The notes under the pieces were generated by a model, which was given only the letters and a program-made list of their open reading frames with translations, ran no database searches and was not told the DNA's origin. From positions 1 through 45,941 of the IMG/VR virus record IMGVR_UViG_3300022217_000002: DNA of 45,941 nucleotides. One strand, written 5' to 3'. Numbering within the stretch: the first letter of the stretch is position 1; each line of letters begins with the position of its first letter. The stretch comes from a virus. Its lineage: Duplodnaviria; Caudoviricetes. The position numbers were made by a program, and so were the translations under genes. Of this stretch, positions 45,505-45,941 are shown in pieces.

Positions 45505-45681
45505 GTGGAAGAATCAGCTACATGCAAGGCTTGTGGAAACGGCTCATTTCGAGTGACTACTGCGCGAGTTATTTGTACCAAATGCAACCGCTCAACGTGG
45601 TTCGGAAAAGTGAAACCCGGAGAAGAACACCTAGCTGCAAAGGCTGGCGATGTATTCCATCTGATTGATGACAATCATTGA
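45505..45681 (+). CDS. 58-aa zinc-ribbon protein (not in ORF track)
   Basis: GTG start; CKAC...CTKC. Confidence 0.5.
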   Translation: MEESATCKACGNGSFRVTTARVICTKCNRSTWFGKVKPGEEHLAAKAGDVFHLIDDNH

Positions 45682-45814
45682 TGTTTGAGGACATCGAACC
45701 CTAATGCCAAGACCCCTTCCGCCATGTAGCAGTTTGCACAAGTTGAGCGGCTGCGTCCTCAAAAAAGTAGACACTCCAAAACAAACCACTGGATTTGCTG
45801 CGATTCCATACAGC

Positions 45815-45941
45815 TTAGGAATCCGCCGCTCTGTCCAACTGAGCTACCGGGGTATTTATTAATATATTACACTCCCGCCTAGATATATCCCTGTTTTCCT
45901 AGCGATATCCGACATTGTAATATCTTGGTGTAATTTTCGCT
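45815..45941 (+). repeat. Terminal direct repeat, right copy
   Basis: Identical to 1-127. Confidence 0.95.

Larger units (their letters stand above)
1..45814. mobile_element. Complete temperate tailed phage genome (circular form, podovirus-like gene set)
   Basis: Terminal 127-bp identity, attP plus integrase, TerL/portal/scaffold/MCP order, recombination and replication genes. No tape-measure or sheath gene recognised. Confidence 0.93.

Noticed and set aside
45815-45941. Biological terminal repeat or attL/attR pair
   Set aside because: Exactly 127 nt and identical, extending well past the tRNA homology; best explained as circular assembly overlap.

Overview
The window is a complete circular temperate phage genome of 45,814 bp. 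Bases 1-127 are repeated exactly at 45815-45941, which looks like an assembly overlap. It opens at an attP core made of the 5' half of a tRNA-Arg(CCT), next to a tyrosine integrase. A minus-strand morphogenesis block (28.3 to 3.5 kb) has a podovirus-like layout: TerS candidate, a degenerate TerL ATPase paralog, TerL, portal, scaffold, major capsid protein, adaptor, LamG proteins, a lysis-like cluster and a 1664-aa probable ejection protein. A plus-strand early block (28.9 to 45.7 kb) carries an AcrIC5-like anti-CRISPR gene with an HTH partner, a repressor region, RecT-like, PD-(D/E)XK, RusA, replication, ASCH, Mom-like and PAPS-reductase-like genes. The main unexpected feature is an array of integron-type attC sites at 41.7-45.5 kb, with a smaller remnant at 30.8-31.6 kb. 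The sites delimit cassettes whose ends are complementary over 5-12 nt. Every ORF is antisense to the attC polarity, and no IntI gene is present. Several morphogenesis-block proteins also carry signal peptides. Family assignments come from motif recognition by eye and memory; no database search was run.
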